Source of the DNA: an uncultured Caldilineales bacterium
Lineage (GTDB): Bacteria > Chloroflexota > Anaerolineae > J102
Assembly: GCA_964565065.1 (NCBI GenBank)
Contig: CAZMDD010000132.1
Location: 1 to 58,107, forward strand
Direction: 5' to 3'
DNA length: 58,107 nucleotides
Positions within the stretch are counted from its first letter, which is position 1. Each line of letters begins with the position of its first letter. The notes under the pieces were generated by a model. That model did not search any database. It had not been told where the DNA came from and worked only from the letters and a program-made list of their open reading frames with translations. The translations under genes were made by a program, and so were the position numbers. Of this stretch, positions 51,601 through 58,107 are shown in pieces.

Positions 51601-53227
51601 TGACTTCGGCGAAGCGCTGATAAAAGTAGTGGTACAGCGGGCGTGGCAGATGCGACATCACCGCGGGAGGTGTGTCATCGCCCATGGCGCCGGTGGGCTC
51701 TTTGCCGCCGATGGCCATAGGTTTGAGCATGGCGCTGACCGATTCAACAGTGTGTCCAAAGGCCTGCTCCAGGGGCATCAGGTCGGAGATGCTGGTGTCG
51801 GAGGGGTCGAAGAGGGTGCCTTCTTCGTAGATGGGGATTTCGGGATGGGCGGCATCGCCATTTTCGTGGGGGATGCGCCGGATGGCCTGGGCCAGTTCAT
51901 CAATTTTGTAAAAGTTGCTCTTGCTCCACTGGGCGTAGGGACGCCGTCGGCTTACTTCCTGCTTGGTTTCATCGTTGAGCAGCAGCCGCCCGCGGAAGAT
52001 GTCTACCAGAAGCATTTGACCCGCGCCCAGTTTGCCCCGCCGCACAATCTGGCTAACCGGGATGGGCACAGCGCCGACTTCGGAGCTGGCAATGAGCAGG
52101 CCCTGGGAGGTGCGTTGGTAGCGCAGCGGGCGTAATCCATTGCGATCCAGCGAGGCACCGGCAACGCGGCCATCGGTAAAAACCAAGGCTGCGGGGCCAT
52201 CCCACGGCTCTGAGAGGGCGGCATGATAGCGATAAAAAGCACGCAGTTCGGGCGGCATGGCTTTGTTGTTTTCCCAGGCCTCAGGTGTAAGCATCATCAC
52301 CGCGTGGCGCAGGTCGCGGCCATTGCGCACCAGGGCCTCTACTGCGTTGTCCAGCATGGCGCTATCGGAGCCTGTTTCATCCAGGATGGGGATGATGGCT
52401 TTGCCCCAGGCATCCTCTTGCAATGCCCCGGCTCGGGCCCGCATCCAGTTGACATTGCCCTGGATGGTGTTGATTTCGCCATTGTGTCCCAGCAGGCGGA
52501 AGGGCTGGGCCCGACGCCAGGTGGGTACGGTGTTGGTGGCGTAGCGTTGATGATAGAGGACGATGGCGCTGCGGTAGTCGACATCAGCCAGATCTGGATA
52601 GAAGTTGGTAAGTTGCGAGCCCAGCATGAGTCCTTTGTAGACGATGGTGCGGCTGGAAAAGGATGAGATGTAAATGTCCAGGCCAGCGGCGGCAAATTCC
52701 CGCTCGATAGCCTTGCGGGCCAGGAAGAGGGTTTTTTCGAAGGGACGGTTGCGGTCCAGGAAGTCGGGGCGGGTCACAAAGGCTTGCCAGATTTCGGGCC
52801 GGGAGCTTTCGGCCACTGCACCCAGGGCATAAACGTTGACCGGTACTTGCCGCCAAGTGAGCATATCCAGTCCCAGAACTTGCAGCTCGTTGTGAACAAT
52901 TTGTTGCCACGGGCCCGAATTCATCCCCTGGGGAACAAAGAAGACGCCCGCGGCCAAATCGCCATATTTCATTTGCGGCAGTCCCAGCAGACGGCCAAAG
53001 AAACGGATGGGGATTTGAGTGAGGAGTCCGGCGCCATCGCCAGTTCCTGAGTCGGCTGCCACGCCTCCGCGGTGTTCCATGCCTGCCAGGGCCTCTACGG
53101 CCAGAGTAACAAGTTCATGGCTGCGGCGTCCCGGAATGTCTGCGATGAGGCCGATGCCGCAGGCGTCTTTGTCGTAGCTGGTGTTGTGCAGGGGGAGCGG
53201 TGTGGAATGAGGGCGATGTGCAAGCAT
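48653..53227 (-). CDS. gltB: Glutamate synthase large subunit
   Basis: DACGIG (mature N-terminal Cys), HNGEINT, EPWDGPA, KMAQGSKPGEGG, SPPPHHDIYSIEDL, CIMARVCHRNTCPVG, GERFAVRNS. Confidence 0.98.
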   Translation of the reverse strand: MLAHRPHSTPLPLHNTSYDKDACGIGLIADIPGRRSHELVTLAVEALAGMEHRGGVAADSGTGDGAGLLTQIPIRFFGRLLGLPQMKYGDLAAGVFFVPQGMNSGPWQQIVHNELQVLGLDMLTWRQVPVNVYALGAVAESSRPEIWQAFVTRPDFLDRNRPFEKTLFLARKAIEREFAAAGLDIYISSFSSRTIVYKGLMLGSQLTNFYPDLADVDYRSAIVLYHQRYATNTVPTWRRAQPFRLLGHNGEINTIQGNVNWMRARAGALQEDAWGKAIIPILDETGSDSAMLDNAVEALVRNGRDLRHAVMMLTPEAWENNKAMPPELRAFYRYHAALSEPWDGPAALVFTDGRVAGASLDRNGLRPLRYQRTSQGLLIASSEVGAVPIPVSQIVRRGKLGAGQMLLVDIFRGRLLLNDETKQEVSRRRPYAQWSKSNFYKIDELAQAIRRIPHENGDAAHPEIPIYEEGTLFDPSDTSISDLMPLEQAFGHTVESVSAMLKPMAIGGKEPTGAMGDDTPPAVMSHLPRPLYHYFYQRFAEVTNPPIDPLREKMVMSLRMLLGTRRNIFDETPRHARLISLKTPVLDAKTLQLLRQLRRDRHTHFDDSHDGLPFSLVEIDITFPVVEGEAGLTNLLDRISQEAEEAFAHGHNLILLSDRNIGPTRAPAPALLAVGAVHQHLIRQGMRTRGSILVEAGDVVSVHRLAALIGYGANAVHPWLALDTVSNLATDQRLKGVDSPETARKNYLRALEMGLLKIMSKMGISTVESYTGAQIFEIIGLDDAVVQRCFTGTPNRLSGIGFDKLASDLFYRHQLAYRSPSEKLEHWGQFKYRRQGEVHALTPEIIDILHEAVRMPAALEENFEAAYARYRQYSQRLAQKPATDLRDLLSIHSDRKSIPLNEVEPVAELVRRFSTAAMSMGALSPEAHEVLAIAMNRLGAASNSGEGGEAEARLGAEGNSAVKQIASGRFGVTPAYLISAKELQIKMAQGSKPGEGGHLPGHKVTDLIASIRLTTPGVPLISPPPHHDIYSIEDLSQLIYDLRQINPEANISVKLVAQAGVGAIAAGVAKGRANSILISGSNGGTGASPLTSIKHTGVPWEIGLAEAQQALRMNGLRQRVILRTDGGIRGGRDVLLAALLGADEVSFGTLAMIAEGCIMARVCHRNTCPVGVASQNPKLRAKFPGKPEHVMAMFTFIAQEVRELLAAMGYHRLQDVIGRTDLLTQKRTGDAALDSLDLSPLLAQPQPRSARHFKVWPDYDAPNALGNRVAEAALAALALDKIPMHREFPIYNTDRAVGARVSGRLTQLGYTELPQRAIDVTFRGSAGQSFGAFLIQGLQFNLMGEANDYVGKGLAGGVITLRPEDEAIFPWHAQYIMGNTCLYGATGGALFAAGRAGERFAVRNSRARAVVEGVDDHGCEYMTGGVVVILGPTGNNFGAGMTGGQVFVLDDEAAPRFPARLNSELVYATRVEEDAAATLLRELVEAHAAHTQSPLAIQLLQDWERALPRFWHVRPKWMKDRITS

Positions 53228-53263
53228 AAAGGGCTCCGGGAAAGGCGAATAGTTACGAAATGC

Positions 53264-53461
53264 GTAACGACTAAGTGGTTTGCAATAAGTTTCCTAATTC
53301 CAAATTGCGAGCTTGTCATTTTTCCATGACGAAGATGGACCCAATTAGACGAATATCAAAGCCTGCTTTTTAGGGCAGAAAAGTCGCACATCAGGTTCTC
53401 TTTGTGCCTTTGTGGCTTCGTGGCTTAGTGGTTTCTAGCCGGGCTACCTTAGTGTCGTAAC
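53264..53461 (-). mobile_element. MITE family A variant (198 bp) with a different internal segment
   Basis: Minus strand begins GTTACGACACTAAGGTAGCCCGGCTAG and ends TTAGTCGTTAC; 8-bp direct repeat CGAAATGC at 53256-53263 and 53462-53469. Confidence 0.88.
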
Positions 53462-53502
53462 CGAAATGCAAAGAATGGGAGGGAAGGTGGCAGTGTCAGG
53501 TG

Positions 53503-53541
53503 AAAAAGGAAAGCCCCTGGTTGCGAGGTGCGACCAGGGGC
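53503..53541 (-). terminator. Intrinsic terminator after the molybdoenzyme gene
   Basis: GCCCCTGGTTGC/GCGACCAGGGGC stem, T-rich tail on the minus strand. Confidence 0.7.
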
Positions 53542-53581
53542 GACATTGCCAGGTTGTTTTGTTGATTTTATTTTATCATAG

Positions 53582-55804
53582 CTATGGGGACGGAGCAAAT
53601 GAGTCTGTGTTGGGGATTGGGCTGTTGCTGGCGCTCGGAGGCGCGGGCGCATGATGCGCGGGCGCATGATGCGCGGGCGCGAGGGTGACTTGGGTGTCGT
53701 AGAAGGTGGGACTGCCGCCCATGTCGGTTTGGGCTTGCGAGGTGAGCCAGTTGATGTTGCGGGTGTCGGGGCTGAGTTTGGCCCACCAGATGGTGGGGGT
53801 GAGCAGGGTTCCGGGGATGATGTCGGTGGTAACGCGGGCGCTGAGCTGGATTCGGCCGTGCTGGTTCTGGAGGATGACAGTTTGGCGGTGGTGGATGTTG
53901 CGGGCGCGGGCGTCGTCGGGATGTATCCACACCAGGGGTTCTTCTTCGCGGTGTCGAAAGCGCTTGAGGTTGGCGAAGGTGGTGTTGAGGAAGTTGTGGG
54001 CGGGTGGGGAGATGAGGGTGAGTGGGGCGTCGGGGGTTGGTGTGCTGTTGGCGGTTTGTGGCGCTTGCAGCCAGTTGGGAGGCGTCCAGGTTGGCAGGGG
54101 CGGGTAGCCGTCGTCGGCCATTTGTTGGCTATAAAGTTGGCATTTGCCATCGGGGGTCGGAAAGCCGCGGGCAAAGGGGGTGTAGGGTTGGGGCAGATTG
54201 AGACGGACAAAGCCTTCATTCAGCAGGCGCTGCCAGGTGATGGTTTGCATGGTGGGGTCGGTTTGGCTGGCCAGGAAGTTTTGCAGGAGGGTGGTGTCAT
54301 CTTGCCGGAAGTGGGCATCGGTGAAGCCCATGGCCCGGGCAAGGTGACGGAAGATTTCGCTGTTGGGCAGGCTTTGGCCCACCGGGGCGATGGCGGGACG
54401 GTTGAGCGCGAGGTAGGTGTGTCCGTAGGGTTTGAGGATGTCCCAGTGTTCGAGCTGGGTGGTGGCGGGCAACAGGTAGTCGGCGTAGTCTGCAGTGTCG
54501 GTCTGGAAGTGTTCGAGGACGATGGTAAGCAGGTCTTCGCGAGCCAAACCGGCGTGAACGGCGTTTTGATCAGGCGCCACCGCGGCGGGGTTGCTATTGT
54601 AGATGATGAGGGCTTTGATGGGCGGGCCGGCCTCTGCGGGTGCGGGGCTGGGGTCGATGGGTCTGGGTGCATGATGGGCGCGGGCGCGGCGGGCGGGATC
54701 AAGGCTGAGTGCGTCGCCCAGGCGAATCATGTTGAGGGTGCGGGGTTGTTGGCCGTGCAGAAGGTCGGGGCGTTTGAGGGGGGTTTTATCCAGATGAAAG
54801 GCGCCGCTGCTGCTGAGCAGGACGCCTCCGCCTGGGTAACGCCAGTGGCCGACCAACGCGGGCAGTGTGGCGATGTTCCGCACGGCCATGCCGCCGGCGG
54901 CGTGGCGTTGCAGGCCATAGTTGATGCGGATGGCAGCGGGCCGGGCCGCTGCGTAGGCTTTTGCCAGGGAAATGATGCGCTGGGCGGGGATAGTGGTGAT
55001 GTTTTGGGCCCACGCGGGTGTAAAATCTCCAATATGGTTTTGTAGTTGCTCGAAGCCGGTGGTGTACGCCCGAACGTAGGGCTCGTCGATGAGGTTTTGG
55101 GTGATGATGACGTGCATCATGGCCAGGGCCAACGCGCCATCGGTGCCGGGGCGGATGGGGATCCATTCGTCGGCGGCGCGGGCGGTGCGGGTGCGAGCGG
55201 GGTCGATGACGATGACGGGGGCGCCTTTTTTGCGGGCCTGCTGGATGAAGGGCCACAGGTGCATGTTGCTGCTGAGGATGTTACTGCCCCAGATGAGGAT
55301 GAGGCGGGCGTGGGCGAAGTCTTCGGGCGCGGGCCCGATGACGCGTCCGGTGACATATTGAAAGCCTTCGAAGCCTGCTTCGGAGCAGATGGTGCGGGCG
55401 AGACGGGTGGCTCCCAGGCGGTGGAAGAAGGGTTTGGCCATGCCTTCACCTTGCAGCAGGCCCATGGTTCCGGCGTAGGAGTAGGGCATGATGGCCTCGG
55501 GCCCGTGGCGGGCGCTGATGGCTTGCAGGCGGGCGCTGATTTCGGCCACAGCCTGCTGCCAGCTAATGGGCCGAAATTGTCCTGCGCCTTTGGGGCCCAC
55601 ACGTTTGAGGGGCGTGGTGAGGCGGTCGGGATGGTAGGTGCGCTCCAGGTAGCGATCTACTTTGCCGCACAGCCGTCCCTGGGTGATGGGATGCTGGGGG
55701 TGGCCCTGGATGCGGATGGCGCGTCCGGTGGCGGGGTCAGTGGTGATTTGCCAGGAGCAGGTGTCGGGGCAGTCGTGCGGGCATACGCCGGTGATGGTAG
55801 GCAT
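53582..55804 (-). CDS. Molybdopterin (bis-MGD) oxidoreductase, DMSO-reductase family, cytoplasmic
   Basis: [13 protein letters not shown] Fe-S motif, [44 protein letters not shown]; no Tat signal; start at ATG 55804. Confidence 0.93.
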   Translation of the reverse strand: MPTITGVCPHDCPDTCSWQITTDPATGRAIRIQGHPQHPITQGRLCGKVDRYLERTYHPDRLTTPLKRVGPKGAGQFRPISWQQAVAEISARLQAISARHGPEAIMPYSYAGTMGLLQGEGMAKPFFHRLGATRLARTICSEAGFEGFQYVTGRVIGPAPEDFAHARLILIWGSNILSSNMHLWPFIQQARKKGAPVIVIDPARTRTARAADEWIPIRPGTDGALALAMMHVIITQNLIDEPYVRAYTTGFEQLQNHIGDFTPAWAQNITTIPAQRIISLAKAYAAARPAAIRINYGLQRHAAGGMAVRNIATLPALVGHWRYPGGGVLLSSSGAFHLDKTPLKRPDLLHGQQPRTLNMIRLGDALSLDPARRARAHHAPRPIDPSPAPAEAGPPIKALIIYNSNPAAVAPDQNAVHAGLAREDLLTIVLEHFQTDTADYADYLLPATTQLEHWDILKPYGHTYLALNRPAIAPVGQSLPNSEIFRHLARAMGFTDAHFRQDDTTLLQNFLASQTDPTMQTITWQRLLNEGFVRLNLPQPYTPFARGFPTPDGKCQLYSQQMADDGYPPLPTWTPPNWLQAPQTANSTPTPDAPLTLISPPAHNFLNTTFANLKRFRHREEEPLVWIHPDDARARNIHHRQTVILQNQHGRIQLSARVTTDIIPGTLLTPTIWWAKLSPDTRNINWLTSQAQTDMGGSPTFYDTQVTLAPAHHAPAHHAPAPPSASNSPIPNTDSFAPSP

Positions 55805-55888
55805 GGTGGATATTGGAGATTCGGTGCTGGAGTTTCGCGGCGGTAACGATTTACGCATTTCTTCACCCGTATTGTCCGTTCGCTGCGG

Positions 55889-56014
55889 TTAGGGCTGTTT
55901 TTTGCGGGGGATGGGCGTGGTGCGCTGCTCGCAAAATTTGGGCGCGGGCGCACTGCATGCAATGAGCAGGAACAGGGCGAGAAGGATAGGCAGCGCCAGC
56001 CAGCGGGAGGTCAT
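55889..56014 (-). CDS. Very small predicted lipoprotein or truncated remnant (41 aa)
   Basis: MTSRWLALPILLALFLLIAC lipobox; GAGG RBS; TG-n-TACAAT upstream near 56069-56077. Confidence 0.45.
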   Translation of the reverse strand: MTSRWLALPILLALFLLIACSAPAPKFCEQRTTPIPRKKQP

Positions 56015-56119
56015 CACATCGCCTCGAAGGAAAGAGTCGCCAAAGACCGGGGTGAAAAGATCATTGCCATTGTAGCATGGCGTGCATGTCGGGCCAAGAG
56101 CCAACCGCCTCGAGGGCGG

Positions 56120-56280
56120 GGCTTTTCAAAGTCGCACCGTGGACGCGTCGCTGGTTCACAGACCCGGCTCGAAACACTCTTCTAGCCTTGCGCTAAGGCG
56201 AGTCTGTCCCCTGGCGAAGCGCCCTTTGGGCTAGATCTACGGTCGTCGGAATGACGTGTCCACCTGACTTTGAAAAAGCC
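56120..56280. mobile_element. Repeat family C, MITE-like element with about 28-bp imperfect terminal inverted repeats
   Basis: GGCTTTTCAAAGTC...TGGACGCGTC versus reverse complement GGCTTTTTCAAAGTC...TGGACACGTC; single copy, no TSD seen. Confidence 0.5.
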
Positions 56281-56436
56281 TTGATTTCGGGGGTGGGCGA
56301 GTTGACGACGTAATTGAGGAGCTGTATGATAGTTATCTTGATCCCCTGACCTGACTACCGCCAATCTTGCAGAAAAAATTTGCATGGCTGATTTCTGGCT
56401 CTGGGGCAAAAAGTTCATCGATACTCAGGAGGTTTC

Positions 56437-57768
56437 ATGGAATCCCCGAACAATCAAACTTCACCCTATCACAATCCTGTAACCCTGCTGCAGCGGCTCA
56501 TTCAGTTCGATACCACAAACCCTCCCGGTCGCACCACTGAATGTATCGCCTTCATCAATAACCTGCTTACCGAGGCCGGGATCGAGACCAGGATTCTCTC
56601 CAAGTCACCGGAACGCCCCAACCTCATCGCCCGGTTATCCGGTCATGGCAATGCGCCACCGCTACTTCTCTATGGCCATGTAGATGTCGTCACCACCGAG
56701 AACCAGCAGTGGCGATATCCTCCATTCGAGGGGAAAGAGACTGAAGGCTTTATATGGGGGCGTGGCGCCCTGGATATGAAAGGCGGCGTGGCCATGATGC
56801 TGGCTGCGTTTCTGCGCGCCAAGCGAGAGGACCTGAAGCTGCCGGGCGACGTTATCTTCGTTGCAGTAAGTGACGAAGAAGCAGGTGGTGATTTTGGGGC
56901 CAGATTCCTGGTGGAAGAACATGCAGATCTCTTCACCGGCGTACGCTATGCCATCGGCGAATTCGGCGGGTTCACGCTACATGTAGGCAATAAGCGATTT
57001 TACCCAATCCAGGTCGCTGAGAAACAAATCTGTTGGATGAAAGCGACTTTCCGCGGGCCTGGTGGCCATGGCTCCATGCCCGTGCGCGGCGGAGCGATGG
57101 CCAAGATGTCTGACTTTCTTCGGAAAATTGATCGCCATCGTCTGCCCGTTCACATTACACCGGTGGCGCGTGCCATGCTTAAAGCAATGGCATCCTCTCT
57201 TGGCGGGTTAAATGGCCTGATGCTTGGCCAATTAACAAATCCCATCTTGACCGATAAAATGCTTGATTTGCTTGGCGAGCGTGGCCGTGTCTTTGATGCA
57301 ATGTTACACAACACGGTCAGTCCCACGATCTTACATGGTAGCAATAAGATCAATGTGGTGCCTGGTGCGGCGTCGGTGGAGCTGGATGGACGATTGCTCC
57401 CCGGCTATAAACCAGACGATATGATTGCCGAGTTGCGCCAAATCGTCGGAGACGAGGTTGAACTGGAAGTGATGCGATATGATTTGGGCCCAGCCGAATC
57501 TGACATGGGACTATTCGACATGCTGACTGACACCTTGCGTCAGCTTGATCCCGAGGGCGTTCCAGTTCCTCTTCTACTGAGCGGCGTGACAGATGGACGC
57601 TTCTTCTCTCGGCTTGGCATTCAGACCTATGGCTACTTGCCCATGCCTCTGCCCGAGGACTTCAATTTTACGCGGACAATTCATGCAGCAGACGAACGTA
57701 TTCCAGTTGAGGCGTTGGATTTTGGCGCAAATGCCCTTTACAAAGTCTTACAACGTTTCGGTGCATAG
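56437..57768 (+). CDS. M20/M25/M40 metallopeptidase (ArgE/DapE/aminoacylase family)
   Basis: YGHVDVV, WGRGALDMKGG, SDEEAG, GEFGG, GGHGSMP, TDGRFF, IHAADER; CAGGAGG RBS. Confidence 0.95.
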   Translation: MESPNNQTSPYHNPVTLLQRLIQFDTTNPPGRTTECIAFINNLLTEAGIETRILSKSPERPNLIARLSGHGNAPPLLLYGHVDVVTTENQQWRYPPFEGKETEGFIWGRGALDMKGGVAMMLAAFLRAKREDLKLPGDVIFVAVSDEEAGGDFGARFLVEEHADLFTGVRYAIGEFGGFTLHVGNKRFYPIQVAEKQICWMKATFRGPGGHGSMPVRGGAMAKMSDFLRKIDRHRLPVHITPVARAMLKAMASSLGGLNGLMLGQLTNPILTDKMLDLLGERGRVFDAMLHNTVSPTILHGSNKINVVPGAASVELDGRLLPGYKPDDMIAELRQIVGDEVELEVMRYDLGPAESDMGLFDMLTDTLRQLDPEGVPVPLLLSGVTDGRFFSRLGIQTYGYLPMPLPEDFNFTRTIHAADERIPVEALDFGANALYKVLQRFGA

Positions 57769-57779
57769 ACTCTTTTTGA

Positions 57780-57922
57780 GTTACTACTAAGGTAGCGCGG
57801 CTAGAAACCACTAAGACACGAAGCCACAAAGGCACGAAGGAAAGAAAAAGGTTTGAAATGCTTGGTGTTCTTAGTGTCTTTGTGCCTTTGTGGCGATTGA
57901 AGTCGGGTACGTTAGTCGTTAC
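57780..57922 (+). mobile_element. MITE family A copy (143 bp) without matching target duplication
   Basis: Both ends intact; flanks CTTTTTGA and CATGGAAG do not match. Confidence 0.9.
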
Positions 57923-58107
57923 CATGGAAGTCTTTGAAGATACACTTTTTCCGTCGCCGTCGTTGTCTGGCCAAGAGTTCCCCATCCGTACTTCCACTTC
58001 TCGTCCCAACTGCTGCACCGCCATCTCCCGCACCTGCTCCAGACTCTCCTGAGTGTGGTTTGGTTGGTCGATGCTACCTACTTTACTCGGATTCCAGCCG
58101 CTTTCAT
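57923..58107 (-). pseudogene. Possible 3' part of an unidentified minus-strand ORF entering from the window edge and running into the MITE
   Basis: One frame is open from 58105 (ESGWNPSKVGSIDQPNHTQESLEQVREMAVQQLGREVEVRMG...) through the MITE to a stop at 57668; no family recognised. Confidence 0.35.

Noticed and set aside
53252-53268. Palindrome GTTACG-N5-CGTAAC as a nitrogen-regulator operator for gltB
   Set aside because: Its right half is the MITE terminus and the middle is the target duplication, so it was created by the insertion.
53582-55804. Selenocysteine-containing formate dehydrogenase
   Set aside because: No in-frame TGA; the [10 protein letters not shown]-terminus and SYAGTMG segment fit a different, largely uncharacterised DMSO-reductase subgroup.
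53651-55846. Long plus-strand ORFs (464 and 266 aa) opposite the molybdoenzyme
   Set aside because: Gly/Val-rich antisense shadows caused by biased codon usage; the minus strand has all family motifs.

Overview
58.1 kb of ordinary-looking chromosome, most likely from a Chloroflexota bacterium (Anaerolineae/Caldilineae-like). This is inferred from the F420 genes, Pro/Thr-rich surface proteins, C-terminal 'FLPxL' motifs and gene content; no database search was possible. About 40 CDSs include housekeeping genes (dacA-rluB-cmk-plsC operon, rplS, aroE, gyrB, yhhQ, cofE, npdG, sbcD, gltB), an ABC-2 exporter with a NarL-type two-component system, peptidases (M1, M12B, M20) and a molybdopterin oxidoreductase. 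No rRNA, tRNA, CRISPR array, transposase or integrase was found. Four things stand out. (1) A tightly spaced 29.5-39.0 kb block places a 1208-aa Ig-repeat protein, a membrane-anchored TPR protein and a beta-propeller protein (the last two ending in long Pro/Thr tails with an identical TPPR-stop) directly upstream of a GAF-PAS histidine kinase, with an OmpR regulator just upstream: a candidate uncharacterised surface-sensing system. (2) Three secreted proteins share a C-terminal [LY]-[FY]-[LV]-P-x-[LI] motif and a fourth has a PTTVKL-TM-basic tail: candidate sorting signals. (3) A ~142-bp MITE family has 6 copies, five with exact 8-bp target duplications, including one copy nested inside another, one cargo variant just upstream of gltB and one TSD-less copy that may mark a rearrangement. 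(4) Several other short repeat families are present, one of them translated in frame within the molybdoenzyme. A serine-racemase-like enzyme with an unusual HSS loop is also noted. Start codons were adjusted by eye and all counts are hand counts.
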